DNA of 62,223 nt, counting the filler. It is 5 parts of 5 records of this genome, joined end to end, with 100 filler letters (N's around TTAATTAATTAA, not from the genome) between each part and the next. Parts side by side here need not be neighbours in the genome. Positions count along the whole stretch, not along the records: positions 42,525 to 50,464 come from SRR2962707_2696; positions 50,565 to 62,223 come from SRR2962707_2698; 3 more parts are not named here. The stretch is one strand, 5' to 3'. The position numbers and the translations under genes were made by a program. Shown here in pieces: positions 48,794 to 59,188 of the stretch. A model generated the notes under the pieces. That model did no database searches, was not told the DNA's origin, and was given only the letters and a program-made list of their open reading frames with translations. Numbering within the stretch: the stretch's first letter is position 1; each line of letters opens with the position of its first letter.

Positions 48794-49537
48794 TTATCTC
48801 CCCAGATAGACGTCGATGACGTCCTTGTTCTTGGTGACGTGATCGAGCGTACCTTCGGCAAGCACCGATCCTTCGTGCAGGACCGTGACCTTGCAATCAA
48901 GGCGGCGGACGAATTCCATGTCGTGTTCAACCACCACAACGGCACGGGTTTGCGCCGCACGTTTCAACAGGTCGGTTGTGTGCGCGCGCTCTGCCGGGGT
49001 CATGCCGGCGGCAGGTTCATCAACCAAGAGCAGGCGCGGATCCTGTGCCAGCAACATCCCGATCTCAAGCCATTGCTTCTGGCCATGGCTCAGCTCGCCG
49101 GATCGACGGGTGAGGTGGTCAGTCAGGCCAATTTCTTCGGCAATTTCCTCTATGCGGGCGGCACCCGTCGGTGTCTTGCGATATAACAGCACGTCAAACG
49201 GACCGCGCGGATTGGACAGCGCCATGGCAAGGTTTTCGCGCACGGTCTGTGCCTCGAATACCGTTGGCTTCTGGAATTTGCGCCCGATGCCGGACCGGGC
49301 GATTTGGCTTTCCGACATCTTGAGCAGCGAGACAGATTTTTCGCCAAAGATGACGCGGCCCTCATCCGGCCGTGTCTTGCCGGTGATGATGTCCATAAAA
49401 GTGGTCTTGCCCGCGCCGTTGGGACCGATGATGGCGCGCAGCTCAGGTTCACCTATCTGGAAGGACAGGTTGTTGATGGCGCGAAAACCGTCAAAAGAAA
49501 CCGAGACGCCAGAGAGTTCAAGCAGTGTGTTCATCAT
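48794..49537 (-). CDS. urtD: Urea ABC transporter ATP-binding subunit
   Basis: Motifs SFDGFRAI, GPNGAGKTTFMDIITGKT, GRKFQKP and LSHGQKQWLEIGM. Confidence 0.9.
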   Translation of the reverse strand: MMNTLLELSGVSVSFDGFRAINNLSFQIGEPELRAIIGPNGAGKTTFMDIITGKTRPDEGRVIFGEKSVSLLKMSESQIARSGIGRKFQKPTVFEAQTVRENLAMALSNPRGPFDVLLYRKTPTGAARIEEIAEEIGLTDHLTRRSGELSHGQKQWLEIGMLLAQDPRLLLVDEPAAGMTPAERAHTTDLLKRAAQTRAVVVVEHDMEFVRRLDCKVTVLHEGSVLAEGTLDHVTKNKDVIDVYLGR

Positions 49538-50464
49538 TTCTGGTCCCCTTTGCGCACGATAAGATCAAAGAGGCCCCCAATGCCCTTGGGGAAAAACAGG
49601 GTGACGGCAACAAAGCTGAAACCTAGCAGCACCAGCCACCAATCGGTCCACTGGATCGTGTAGAACCCAAGCGGGATATTCGGCGCGCCGCCCCCGGTGA
49701 ACCACGACGACAACAGTGATACCACCGCCGCGCCCAGAATGGCCCCGTAAAGACGGCCGCGCCCGCCAATGGCGACCCAGACCGCGAGGTATATCGATGC
49801 GATGGGCGCGACCTCGGCCGGGTTGATGATACCGGCCTGAGGGTAATAAAGCGCGCCTGCGATGCCCGAAACCACCGCCGTCAGGGTAAAGACAAACAGT
49901 TTGTAGGTTTCCACATGATAGCCAAGAAAACGTACACGGGATTCATTGTCGCGGATGCCACGGATCACGCTGCCCATCTTGCCCGAGATGACCCAGGCGA
50001 AAAGCACATATCCGAGTCCAAGAGCCAGCGCCGAGGCCCAGAAGAAACCGAGGGAGATCACCGCCTGCGACGTCCCTTCAAACCCGGGGATGTTCTGCAG
50101 CCCGGACAGGCCGTTGTTGCCGCGCAACCCGCTGTCGTTCTGAAACAGGTAGAGCGACAGGGCAAGGGTCATCGCCTGCGTCAGGATCGAAAGATAAACG
50201 CCGGTTACGCGGCTGCGAAAGGCCAGCCAGCCAAAGACCAGCGCCAACAGGCCAGGCACCAGAACCACCATTAGCAGTTGCAGGAACAGCGAGTCCGAAA
50301 ACGTCCAGAGCCAGGGAAAATCAGTGGCGCCGACGACACCGAATATCTGCTGGCCGACGGCATCAGTGATTTCTTCTGGGGTTGGCGGGATGGCGGCGGA
50401 ATTGAGGCTGCGCACCACGATGATTTCGGTACGCGCATACATCAGCCACATGCCGATGGCATAG
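49534..50464 (-). CDS. urtC: Urea ABC transporter permease (5' truncated)
   Basis: Motifs AFRSRVTGVYLSILTQA, GNNGL, IRDNESRVRFLGY, YYPQAGIINP and WVAIGGRG. Confidence 0.9.
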
Positions 50465-50564
50465 NNNNNNNNNNNNNNNNNNNNNNNNNNNNNNNNNNNN
50501 NNNNNNNNTTAATTAATTAANNNNNNNNNNNNNNNNNNNNNNNNNNNNNNNNNNNNNNNNNNNN
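50465..50564. other. Artificial contig spacer
   Basis: N44-TTAATTAATTAA-N44. Confidence 0.98.
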
Positions 50565-50582
50565 ACACGTTTGCTTGCCTGA

Positions 50583-50664
50583 TTGTTAAAGAGCTGCGGG
50601 GCCGCGTCTGCGTTGTTGCCCCGTCGAGGAGTGCGCATTCTACGGATCGCGCCTTTCCTGTCAA
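50583..50664 (-). promoter_or_regulatory. rRNA operon promoter and boxA antiterminator
   Basis: The minus strand has an A-rich upstream tract, then TTGACA-N16-TAGAAT, a GC-rich discriminator GCGCAC, and boxA GCTCTTTAACAA (50594-50583). The contig ends just afterwards. Confidence 0.85.
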
Positions 50665-50741
50665 ACCTTTTTTCGAACTTTCCTGAAAAAAACTTTCGAT
50701 CGCCTATTTTTCAGCCAAACCAGGGCTTTCCGCCCCCAGGA

Positions 50742-51941
50742 TCACTTGATCGTGACCCGGGCGATCTTCTTCTTGCCGGCCTGAATCACCGCGCTTTCGC
50801 CACGTTTGAAGCTGCGCTCCGTGGCCAGTTGCTGACCGTCCACGTAAACCGCGCCGCGCCCGAACACATCCTTGGCCGCCTTGCCATTCTGAGCCAGCCC
50901 GGCGAGACGAAGCAGGGGCACGATGTGCACTTCATCCCCATCATCCAAGACCACCTCGACTTCCGGCACATTCTCCGGGATGTCTCCCAGGGCGGTGATA
51001 TTGCCGGCGGAGGACGGCGCTGCCCGCGCCGCCTCCTCGCCATGGAAACGGGTCACCATCTCCAGAGCGAACGCCTTTTTTGCCTCCTGGGGGCTGCCCA
51101 GGCGCTCGGCCTCCTCCTTCAGCCGGGCCAACTCCTCATTGGATACCGCACTGAGCAGCTCGTAATAGCGCCAGGTCAGGGCGTCCGGCAAGGACAGCAG
51201 CTTGCGGTACATATCCCCTGGAGCGTCGGTGACGCCAACATAGTTCCCAAGGGACTTGGACATCTTCTGCACCCCGTCCAGGCCTTCCAGCAGCGGCATG
51301 GTCAGGCAGATCTGTGGCGGCTGACCATGCCCCTTTTGCAGCGTCCGCCCCATCAGGAGGTTGAACTTCTGATCAGTCCCGCCCAGTTCGACATCGGCCC
51401 GCAGCGCCACGGAGTCATACCCCTGCACCAACGGATAGAGGAACTCGTGGATGGCAATGGGCTGATTGCCTCGATAGCGCTTATCGAAATCATCCCGCTC
51501 CAGCATCCGCGCCACCGTATACTGACTGGCCAGGCGAATCAGATCGGCCGCGTCCAGTTCGCCCATCCAGGAGGAGTTGAACGCCACCTCGGTCTTTTCC
51601 GGATCCAGGATCTTGAACACCTGCTCCTTGTAGGTCTCCGCATTACGCAGCACGTCCTCACGGCTGAGCGGCGGCCGGGTAACACTTTTTCCGGAAGGGT
51701 CCCCGATCATGCCAGTGAAATCACCAATCAGGAAAATCACCTGGTGCCCCAGATCCTGAAAGTGGCGCAGCTTGTTGATCAGAACGGTATGCCCCAGATG
51801 CAGATCCGGGGCGGTGGGATCAAATCCGGCTTTGACACGGAGAGGGCGCCCGCTTTCCAGACGAGCCCGCAGTTCGTCTTCCTGAATAATCTCATCCGCG
51901 CCCCGGCGAATCAGTGCCAGCTGTTGATCCACATCAATCAT
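50742..51941 (-). CDS. tyrS: Tyrosine--tRNA ligase
   Basis: Motifs [29 protein letters not shown] and KMSKS, with a C-terminal S4-like domain. Confidence 0.97.
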   Translation of the reverse strand: MIDVDQQLALIRRGADEIIQEDELRARLESGRPLRVKAGFDPTAPDLHLGHTVLINKLRHFQDLGHQVIFLIGDFTGMIGDPSGKSVTRPPLSREDVLRNAETYKEQVFKILDPEKTEVAFNSSWMGELDAADLIRLASQYTVARMLERDDFDKRYRGNQPIAIHEFLYPLVQGYDSVALRADVELGGTDQKFNLLMGRTLQKGHGQPPQICLTMPLLEGLDGVQKMSKSLGNYVGVTDAPGDMYRKLLSLPDALTWRYYELLSAVSNEELARLKEEAERLGSPQEAKKAFALEMVTRFHGEEAARAAPSSAGNITALGDIPENVPEVEVVLDDGDEVHIVPLLRLAGLAQNGKAAKDVFGRGAVYVDGQQLATERSFKRGESAVIQAGKKKIARVTIK

Positions 51942-52155
51942 CGATTGCCTCTGCCATTCCATATCCGCGCTCCGCTCCCGCCGTGAAAGTCCGGGAACCG
52001 GCGCCGCTAGCGGTGCTCCAATAACACCAGCCTGTTTGAACCGCGGCATTGTAGCACCTTGGAATAGTTGTAAAAGACATATAAAGACAGGTATCTTTGC
52101 TGCAATATTTTTTTCATCGCCTCAGGCGGCACAAACTCAGAGCGTTACTTACAGC

Positions 52156-53538
52156 ATGAGAAAACATATATCCGCCCTCGGTCGATCGGTGCGCCATTTT
52201 CCCCGCACCCACCTTTTGCTCTCCGGAAGCCTTGTTTTGATCGTTACCCTGGTGACCCTGTTACCGGAATCCGGAGAAAGTCGACCCGAACGCCCCCAGA
52301 CCCTGAATTTGAACCTCGACGCCGCCGGCGATCCCCCTGTCGCCGCCAAACCGGCTCCGGCGGCGGACACCGAATCCGCACCAGACAGCGATCTCGCCGC
52401 CGAACCAGCACCTCCCGAGCCCACGCCCCAATGGGAGACCATCACCGTGGCCGCGGGCGACACCCTGGGCCGCCTGCTACAGGACCGCGGCGTTACCGCC
52501 GCCCAGGTTCACCGGCTGGTGACCGGCGACAAGCGTCTGCAGGATCTCAAGAATATCCGCCCCGGCCAGACCTTCGAGGTCCTGCTCAACGACCAGGGCG
52601 AACTTCAGGCTCTGAAGTACAAGCCTTCCAGGATCCAGACCATCACCGCCACTCTCACCGGAGACGGCACCTGGCAAGCCAGCAGCGAACAGCGCGAGTA
52701 CCAGCGCCGCGTTCGCTTCGCCGACGCCACCATCAACAGTTCGCTGTTCCTTGCCGGCCAGGCCGCCGGCATGAGCGACAATCTGACCATGCAGCTGGCC
52801 AACATCTTCGGCTGGGATGTGGATTTTGTTCTCGATATCCGGCCCGGAGACCGCTTCCGCGTGCTCTTCGAGGAGCTGTACCTGGACGGCGAGAAAGTCG
52901 GCGAAGGGGACATCCTGGCCGCCGAGTTCTGGAACCAGGGCCGCCACTTGACCGCCTATCAGTATCAGGATGAAGACGGTGCCGTGGCGTACCTGGACGC
53001 GGAAGGCAACTCCATGCGCAAAGCCTTCATCCGCACCCCGGTGGCTTTTTCCCGCATCAGTTCCGGCTTTAACCCCGGGCGCCGCCATCCAGTGCTGAAC
53101 ACGATCCGCGCACACAAGGGCACCGACTATGCCGCCCCCTCCGGCACGCCGATCAAGGCCGCCGGCAAAGGCAAGGTCATCTTCGCCGGAGTCAAAGGCG
53201 GCTATGGCAACGTAATCATTGTCCAGCACGGCCGCCGCTACACCACGCTGTACGCTCACATGCGCGGCTTCGCCAAGGGCATTCGCGTGGGCACGCGAGT
53301 CAATCAGGGCCAGACCATCGGTTACGTGGGCTCTTCCGGCCTCGCCACCGGCCCCCATCTGCATTACGAGTTCCGCATTGACGGCGTGCATCGCAACCCG
53401 CAAACCGTTCCGTTGCCCAAAGCGCAGGGCGTCAGCCCGGGAAACAAGGAGCAGTACCTGGCTCAGGTGCGTCGCATGAACTCGCAGATGACCCTGTTTG
53501 CCGGAGCCGCCACCCTGGCACGCAGCGATGTCCGGTGA
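52156..53538 (+). CDS. M23 peptidoglycan DD-endopeptidase with OapA/LysM-like domain (MepM-like)
   Basis: N-terminal TM, GDTLG, HKGTDYAA, GYGN, YAHM and TGPHLHYE. Confidence 0.92.
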   Translation: MRKHISALGRSVRHFPRTHLLLSGSLVLIVTLVTLLPESGESRPERPQTLNLNLDAAGDPPVAAKPAPAADTESAPDSDLAAEPAPPEPTPQWETITVAAGDTLGRLLQDRGVTAAQVHRLVTGDKRLQDLKNIRPGQTFEVLLNDQGELQALKYKPSRIQTITATLTGDGTWQASSEQREYQRRVRFADATINSSLFLAGQAAGMSDNLTMQLANIFGWDVDFVLDIRPGDRFRVLFEELYLDGEKVGEGDILAAEFWNQGRHLTAYQYQDEDGAVAYLDAEGNSMRKAFIRTPVAFSRISSGFNPGRRHPVLNTIRAHKGTDYAAPSGTPIKAAGKGKVIFAGVKGGYGNVIIVQHGRRYTTLYAHMRGFAKGIRVGTRVNQGQTIGYVGSSGLATGPHLHYEFRIDGVHRNPQTVPLPKAQGVSPGNKEQYLAQVRRMNSQMTLFAGAATLARSDVR

Positions 53539-54619
53539 CGGGCTCTACATTGGTCTGATGACCGGCACCAGCGTCGATGGCATCGACGCGGTGCTGGCCC
53601 GCATCGGCAAGCGGGACTTTCAACTCCTCGCCCACCAGGGCTCTCCCTTACCCGCCCCCCTTCGTGACGACATCCTGAAGCTGTGCCGCAGTGGCCCCGA
53701 TGAGATCGATCAGGCCGGGCGCCTTCATCGGCAGCTCGGCGACGCTTACGCCCGGGCCACGCAGGCCTTGCTGGCGCAATCCGGTTACCGGCCGGAGCAG
53801 ATCCATGCCATAGGCTGCCATGGCCAAACCGTTCGCCACCGCCCCGGCGATCTCGGCTTCAGCGTTCAGCTCGGTTGCCCGGACACCCTGGCCGTCCACA
53901 CTGGCATCCCGGTAGTGAGCAACTTCCGCAATAAAGACATGGTGCTCGGCGGTCAGGGAGCGCCTCTGGTACCCCGCTTCCACCAGCGGCTGTTCGGCGC
54001 GGTGGCGCAAAAGGTCGCGGTGGTCAACATCGGCGGCATGGCCAATGTCACTCTGCTGGATGATGGCAAGCTGATTGGCGGCTTTGATACCGGTCCCGGC
54101 AATGTCCTGATGGACCTCTGGACACAACGCCATAAAGGCGAGCCCTATGACCGGGACGGCGCCTGGGCCGCCGGCGGCACCCTCATGCCGGATCTGCTGA
54201 ACACCCTGTTGGCCGACCCCTATTTTCGGCTGCCGCCGCCGAAAAGCACCGGCCGTGAGCATTTCAACGAGGACTGGCTGCAACGGCAACTGCCGGCGGA
54301 CGCCAACGCGCGGCAAGTGCAAGGCACCCTGGCGGAACTGACCGCCCGCACCATCGCCGACGCCCTTGGCGATTTCGCGCCACAACGGCTGCTGGTTTGT
54401 GGCGGAGGCGCCAATAACCGGCACTTACTCGCCCGCCTCCATACCCTGCTCGACATCCCGGTGCATTCCACCGAGGATTTTGGTCTGCACCCGGACTGGG
54501 TGGAAGCCGGCGCTTTTGCCTGGCTGGCCTGGGCCAGAGTCGAAGGAGAAACCGGGAATGCGCCAGCGGTCACCGGAGCCAGCCGGGCCGCGGTGCTCGG
54601 CCAGCTCACGCAGCCCTGA
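53528..54619 (+). CDS. anmK: Anhydro-N-acetylmuramic acid kinase
   Basis: Motifs IGLMTGTSVDGID, HGQTVRH, GGQGAPLVP, NIGGMAN, FDTGPGN, PKSTGRE and CGGG. Confidence 0.96.
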   Translation: MSGDGLYIGLMTGTSVDGIDAVLARIGKRDFQLLAHQGSPLPAPLRDDILKLCRSGPDEIDQAGRLHRQLGDAYARATQALLAQSGYRPEQIHAIGCHGQTVRHRPGDLGFSVQLGCPDTLAVHTGIPVVSNFRNKDMVLGGQGAPLVPRFHQRLFGAVAQKVAVVNIGGMANVTLLDDGKLIGGFDTGPGNVLMDLWTQRHKGEPYDRDGAWAAGGTLMPDLLNTLLADPYFRLPPPKSTGREHFNEDWLQRQLPADANARQVQGTLAELTARTIADALGDFAPQRLLVCGGGANNRHLLARLHTLLDIPVHSTEDFGLHPDWVEAGAFAWLAWARVEGETGNAPAVTGASRAAVLGQLTQP

Positions 54620-55162
54620 TCACACGCTGCCGAGAACCCAAAGCGCGCTCAGCGTGGACGAGATGCCCAGGGTGGCGCCAGCGAGGATATCCGTGGGGTA
54701 GTGCACGCCCAGCAGCACACGCGAGGCACCGACCATAAGAGCGAACAGCACGGCCATGGGCGCCAGTGCCGGGAAGAAAACACAAATCAGGGTGGCCATG
54801 ACGGAAGCCGCGGCGGTATGCCCCGACGGGAAACTGAAGCGGTCCGCCGGTTTGATGAAGGCATTGAGCGCCTCCACGCTGTCCGCCGGACGCGGGCGGC
54901 GAATCAGATTCTTCAGCAACATGAACGCCGGCACCTCAATGACGTAGGCAATAGCCGCCGCCTGCGCGAACACCGTGCCAATGCCATCCAGCAAGGTCCA
55001 CACCAGAGCCACCAGCACCACGTACAGAGGCCCATCACCAAGGCGGGATACCAGGCGTGCCGCTCGGGCCCAACGGGCTGCCCGCGGCTGTTTGGACAAC
55101 CAGCACATGGCACGCACGTCGGCGGCGGTCATACGTTGGAAACTGGGTCGCTGAATCATCAT
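54620..55162 (-). CDS. PAP2 family phosphatase
   Basis: Motifs KNLIRRPRP, SFPSGH and SRVLLGVHYPTD. Confidence 0.9.
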   Translation of the reverse strand: MMIQRPSFQRMTAADVRAMCWLSKQPRAARWARAARLVSRLGDGPLYVVLVALVWTLLDGIGTVFAQAAAIAYVIEVPAFMLLKNLIRRPRPADSVEALNAFIKPADRFSFPSGHTAAASVMATLICVFFPALAPMAVLFALMVGASRVLLGVHYPTDILAGATLGISSTLSALWVLGSV

Positions 55163-55265
55163 GCCTCCAGCATCCATGCCCGTGGAGACAATGATTTGAC
55201 TGTTTGGTGACGGTTTTATGACGATCCGTCAGGGGTGTCTCGCACGGAGATTGCCCTTGAAAGAT

Positions 55266-55607
55266 TTACACAGAGAAGGAGGAGCCGCAACCGCAAGTTG
55301 TTGCCGCATTGGGATTGTTGACCACGAAGCGGGAGCCCATCAGCCCCTGCTCATAGTCCACTTCGGAGCCATCCAGGTACTGAATACTCATGGCATCCAC
55401 CAGCAAGGTCACGCCTTCCCGGTCCACCGAGGTATCGTCGTCGTTAACCTGCTCATCGAAAGTAAAGCCGTAGGAGAACCCCGCGCAACCACCGCCAGTG
55501 ATGTACACCCGCAGTTTCAGATCGGGATTGCCTTCGTCATCACGCAACTCCTGGACTTTCTGAGCCGCGCGCTCGGTCAGGGTAATAGGTGCGGATTCGC
55601 TCATCAT
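55266..55607 (-). CDS. erpA: Iron-sulfur cluster insertion protein
   Basis: Motifs [23 protein letters not shown] and [16 protein letters not shown]. Confidence 0.95.
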   Translation of the reverse strand: MMSESAPITLTERAAQKVQELRDDEGNPDLKLRVYITGGGCAGFSYGFTFDEQVNDDDTSVDREGVTLLVDAMSIQYLDGSEVDYEQGLMGSRFVVNNPNAATTCGCGSSFSV

Positions 55608-55639
55608 GATCACTTCATATCCAGGGCGAGCATGGTCCA

Positions 55640-55664
55640 ATACCTGAGTGTTTTAGTCAAGAAT
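55640..55664. promoter_or_regulatory. IscR type 1 binding site
   Basis: ATACCTGAGTGTTTTAGTCAAGAAT matches the type 1 consensus ATASYYGACTRWWWYAGTCRRSTAT at 23 of 25 positions. It lies about 33 nt upstream of erpA. Confidence 0.8.
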
Positions 55665-55730
55665 GACCGACGGCGGCTTGTGCCACCGCCATAAACCTCA
55701 CCGGCATCAGCTTGAAACAGGCCCGATAGC

Positions 55731-56168
55731 TTAGACGGTTTCCGCCGGATCCGCCTCGACCTGTTCCCCGGCTTTCTGCCCGGGAGCCGGCAGATTACGC
55801 CGTTCCTCGTCCATGCGCACCAGTTTACCGTTGACCCGGGCGCCCATCACCATTTCCAGCATGATGTAATAGACATTGCCGTCCACCGACGCCTTGCTGG
55901 CCAGCTCCAGGTGCTCGGCAGCGCTGACGTCACCCTCCACCCGGCCATTAATGGTGACCCTCGGCACGTGAATCTCGCCGCGCACCACCCCGGTCTCACC
56001 GATGATCAGCTGTCCACCTTCATCGCCGGCACGAATGTTTCCTTCCACTTCCCCCTGAATATGCAGGCCACCGGTGAATTCCACATCCCCCAAGATGCGG
56101 GCACTGGCGGCAATCAGGGTGTGGTCGCGAAAGCCTTGTGCATTGCCTTTCTTATCTCGACCCAACAC
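55731..56168 (-). CDS. Bactofilin (polymer-forming cytoskeletal protein)
   Basis: TLIA, then repeated (I/V)xGxVxGx(I/V) beta-helix pattern and GARVNG. GTG start follows GGAG. Confidence 0.9.
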   Translation of the reverse strand: MLGRDKKGNAQGFRDHTLIAASARILGDVEFTGGLHIQGEVEGNIRAGDEGGQLIIGETGVVRGEIHVPRVTINGRVEGDVSAAEHLELASKASVDGNVYYIMLEMVMGARVNGKLVRMDEERRNLPAPGQKAGEQVEADPAETV

Positions 56169-56236
56169 CGTTGTCTCCTGATGATTATCGTTGCAGCGGA
56201 GCGCTTCGAAGCGCGCCCCGCTCCCCCCCTGGAAGC

Positions 56237-56989
56237 TCACCAAGGCAGTCGTTGTTCCGACTGTGCGGTCCTTCGCCCGGATGCCGTGGCGGTCACCTCC
56301 AGAGATGACACCTGCAGTTCCGCGGGCACCGTTACAATACCCGAAAGCTCCTGAAAATACCGGAACTGAAACCTGTCCTCACTGTGCTCTTCCAGGTAAT
56401 CCGTGGCATCGGCGGTAAACGCCTCGCCATCCCGGCTGCCGCGCAGCGTGAAACTGACACGGCCGGACAGAGCGTCCCGGTTCTCCCCGGTTTGCACCAG
56501 CACCAGGTGATAACGCACCCGCCGTTCGCCCTCCGCGGGACTCAATTCCAGTTTTTGCACCACCAGCCCATGATTTTCGTCACTGGGGGACATCACACTC
56601 TTATAGAACGAGACCGCCTGCTCCAGTTCCGCCTGCTGATCACGCAGGGCCCGGATCTCCTGACGCAGCTGCTCGCGCGCCTGCTCCCCCACCTGAGCTT
56701 CGGTGCGGTACACCGCCAGATCCTTGCGGGCCTGATCCAGTTCCTGTTTGACTTGGTGCAAAGAGCGTCGGGCAGGCCCGTCCTCCTCACCCTCGCTACT
56801 GTCGCCGGCGATTACCGACAGCCCTGGCACGCCATACCACCAGACCAGAGCACCGCCGCCCACCAGACACCCCAGGCACAATACCAACACCGCCAGGCCC
56901 GCCAACAAACGTCGCCGCCGCTGGGTAGAGGGACTGATCGGCACCAGTACCACATCGTCCAACCGGTTTTTCACGCCCCACTTCGCCAT
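56237..56989 (-). CDS. Conserved membrane-anchored coiled-coil protein (DUF6776-like)
   Basis: N-terminal TM, coiled coil ending VSFYKSVMSP, and FQFRYFQELSG. Lies directly upstream of bactofilin. Confidence 0.75.
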   Translation of the reverse strand: MAKWGVKNRLDDVVLVPISPSTQRRRRLLAGLAVLVLCLGCLVGGGALVWWYGVPGLSVIAGDSSEGEEDGPARRSLHQVKQELDQARKDLAVYRTEAQVGEQAREQLRQEIRALRDQQAELEQAVSFYKSVMSPSDENHGLVVQKLELSPAEGERRVRYHLVLVQTGENRDALSGRVSFTLRGSRDGEAFTADATDYLEEHSEDRFQFRYFQELSGIVTVPAELQVSSLEVTATASGRRTAQSEQRLPW

Positions 56990-57152
56990 CAGGACCACAA
57001 CCCGCTATCGCTATTAGCGATGCGCGCCCTGGGATTGTTTGCCGTTTCAGCCAAGGCCATAGAATGCTCCAAACAGGTAACTCCCCCGAGCCCCGGGCTA
57101 TTCAGGCCTCCGGAACCGGAAAATAATAGGCAGGGCCGTCCGGCCCGACAAC

Positions 57153-58553
57153 TCAGGCCGTCTTGTCCTCACCGGCGAGACGCCGCCCCTCGGCCGCCAT
57201 CCCCGCGCCGCTGGCCATGCGCTCCGCCAAAGAATCATACAATGGACGCGACCATACCAGTTTCGACACCGCGGCGGACAAAAAGGCGCCCACCATCAGA
57301 GACAACAGCAGATCGTGTCGGTTGCCGGTCAATTCCATGACGATCACAAAGGACGTGATCGGACGCTGAATCACGCCGGCCAGAAACGCCGCCATCGCCA
57401 CCACGGTGATGCCGACCACCGAGGTCTCCGGGAACCAACCGCTCATGGCACTGCCGATGCCGGCACCAGCGGCCAGGCTGGGTGAAAACAAACCACCGGG
57501 CAGTCCAGTGAAATAGGACACCAGGGTCGCGCCCATTTTCGCCAGCGGGAAGGACCAGTCACCGACATGCTCTCCATCCAGCAGGCTGCGCGCCTCCTCG
57601 TAACCACTGCCATAAGTCGCACCACCGGTGAGCAGCCCCAGCGCCACCAGCACCACGCCACACAGAAACACCACCCGATACGGGTGCCTGACGGCATGCG
57701 GCGTCAACCAGCGGCTGCCACTGATCAGCAGACGACTGAACAGACCGCCCAGCAAACCGCAGATGAGCGCCACCACACCGATGGCCAGCCAGTTGGCGGT
57801 CAGTTCCAGATCGCCCTGGGGATGCCCGAAGTAGCTGTAGTGGCCGTTGATCATCAGTACCACCACACCCGAGAGGATGATCGCCAGAATCAGGGTACCG
57901 CTGGTGCGTTGTTCGAAGGAGCCGGACAGTTCCTCAATGGCGAACACAATCCCAGCCAGCGGGGCGTTGAACGCCGCCGACACCCCGGCCGCGCCCCCGG
58001 CGACGATCAGAGCGTTATCCACATATTTTTGCTGCAGACGTCCAACCTGACCCACCGAATACATCATCGCGGCACCGATTTGCACGCTCGGACCCTCGCG
58101 GCCGATACTGGCGCCGCACAGCACCCCAAGCACGGTGAGAACGAACTTCAGCGCGATCACCCGCAGCGACAGGAAGGTGGGGCGCAACCAATGGTAGCGT
58201 TGCTTGAGCACCACCAATACCTGAGGAATCCCGCTACCTTGGGCTTCCGGCCCCATGCGGCGCATCAGCCAGATGATCACCATCATCCCCAGCGGGGTCA
58301 TGGCGACGGGGATGTAAGGCGAGTAGGCGTGAATGCGGTTGAAGGTTTCCGAGGCCAGCTCCACCGCCCAGGCGAACCCCACCACCAGCAACCCGACCAG
58401 CAGAGCACCGATCCAGAACACGGCGCGCAGCTTCCAGTCCTGAATGGTGCCCAATTGCCTGCGCGTAAGGCGCCGCGTGCGGAAGAAGTAATAACGTAAC
58501 AGCCGGCCGGAACGCGGTCCTCTCTTCACTAGACTCCCCGAGCAGAAAAGCAC
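57153..58553 (-). CDS. ClC family chloride channel / H+:Cl- antiporter
   Basis: Motifs GSGIP, GREGP (gating Glu), AAFNAPLAGIVFAIEE and GGLFSP. No CBS tail. Start uncertain. Confidence 0.92.
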   Translation of the reverse strand: MLFCSGSLVKRGPRSGRLLRYYFFRTRRLTRRQLGTIQDWKLRAVFWIGALLVGLLVVGFAWAVELASETFNRIHAYSPYIPVAMTPLGMMVIIWLMRRMGPEAQGSGIPQVLVVLKQRYHWLRPTFLSLRVIALKFVLTVLGVLCGASIGREGPSVQIGAAMMYSVGQVGRLQQKYVDNALIVAGGAAGVSAAFNAPLAGIVFAIEELSGSFEQRTSGTLILAIILSGVVVLMINGHYSYFGHPQGDLELTANWLAIGVVALICGLLGGLFSRLLISGSRWLTPHAVRHPYRVVFLCGVVLVALGLLTGGATYGSGYEEARSLLDGEHVGDWSFPLAKMGATLVSYFTGLPGGLFSPSLAAGAGIGSAMSGWFPETSVVGITVVAMAAFLAGVIQRPITSFVIVMELTGNRHDLLLSLMVGAFLSAAVSKLVWSRPLYDSLAERMASGAGMAAEGRRLAGEDKTA

Positions 58554-58665
58554 ACCCCGGCCAGCCCTCCGCCAACCCGGACGTGATCATTGAAAGCCGT
58601 TATAGTGTACGCCCGGAAGCCCGGTACAGCCACTGGGCCACTTTCGCTGCAAGGAGCCCCAATCC

Positions 58666-59091
58666 ATGTTTTTGTGGCTGAAAGCCTTTCATTTGATTGC
58701 GGTTATATGCTGGTTCGCTGGTATTTTTTACCTTCCACGCCTGTTCGTGTATCACGCCATGGCCGAGGATCAGGTCAGTCGCGAGCGCTTCAAGATCATG
58801 GAGCGCAAACTTTACCGGGGCATCATGAACCCGAGCATGATCGTCACCGTGGTGCTGGGCCTGTGGATGCTGATCAGTCACTGGGACCTGTACAAAACCC
58901 AGGGCTGGATGCACGCCAAGCTGGCGCTGGTGGTATTGCTGATCGGCTATCATCATATGTGCCTGGTCCACCTGAAGAAGTTCGCCGCCGACGCCAACAC
59001 CAAAAGCCACCGGTTCTTTCGAGTGTTCAACGAAATCCCGGTACTGTTGCTGGTCGGCATCGTGATTCTGGTGGTGGTCAAGCCGTTCTGA
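58666..59091 (+). CDS. hemJ: Protoporphyrinogen IX oxidase
   Basis: Motifs LWLKAFHLI, WFAGIFYLPRLFVYH, MERKL, WMHAKL, FNEIP and VVVKPF. Confidence 0.95.
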   Translation: MFLWLKAFHLIAVICWFAGIFYLPRLFVYHAMAEDQVSRERFKIMERKLYRGIMNPSMIVTVVLGLWMLISHWDLYKTQGWMHAKLALVVLLIGYHHMCLVHLKKFAADANTKSHRFFRVFNEIPVLLLVGIVILVVVKPF

Positions 59092-59130
59092 TCGGGGCTC
59101 TTGACGCCACCGGCTGAACGTCTGAGGCTA

Positions 59131-59188
59131 GGGCCTGTTCACCCTATTTCCATCCCGCCTGCTGGATGAAAATAGGGTGAACAGGCCC
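59131..59188. repeat. 58-bp near-perfect palindrome (MITE/REP-like or strong hairpin)
   Basis: The arms GGGCCTGTTCACCCTATTTCCATCC and GGATGAAAATAGGGTGAACAGGCCC are complementary at 24 of 25 positions around an 8-nt loop. Confidence 0.85.
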
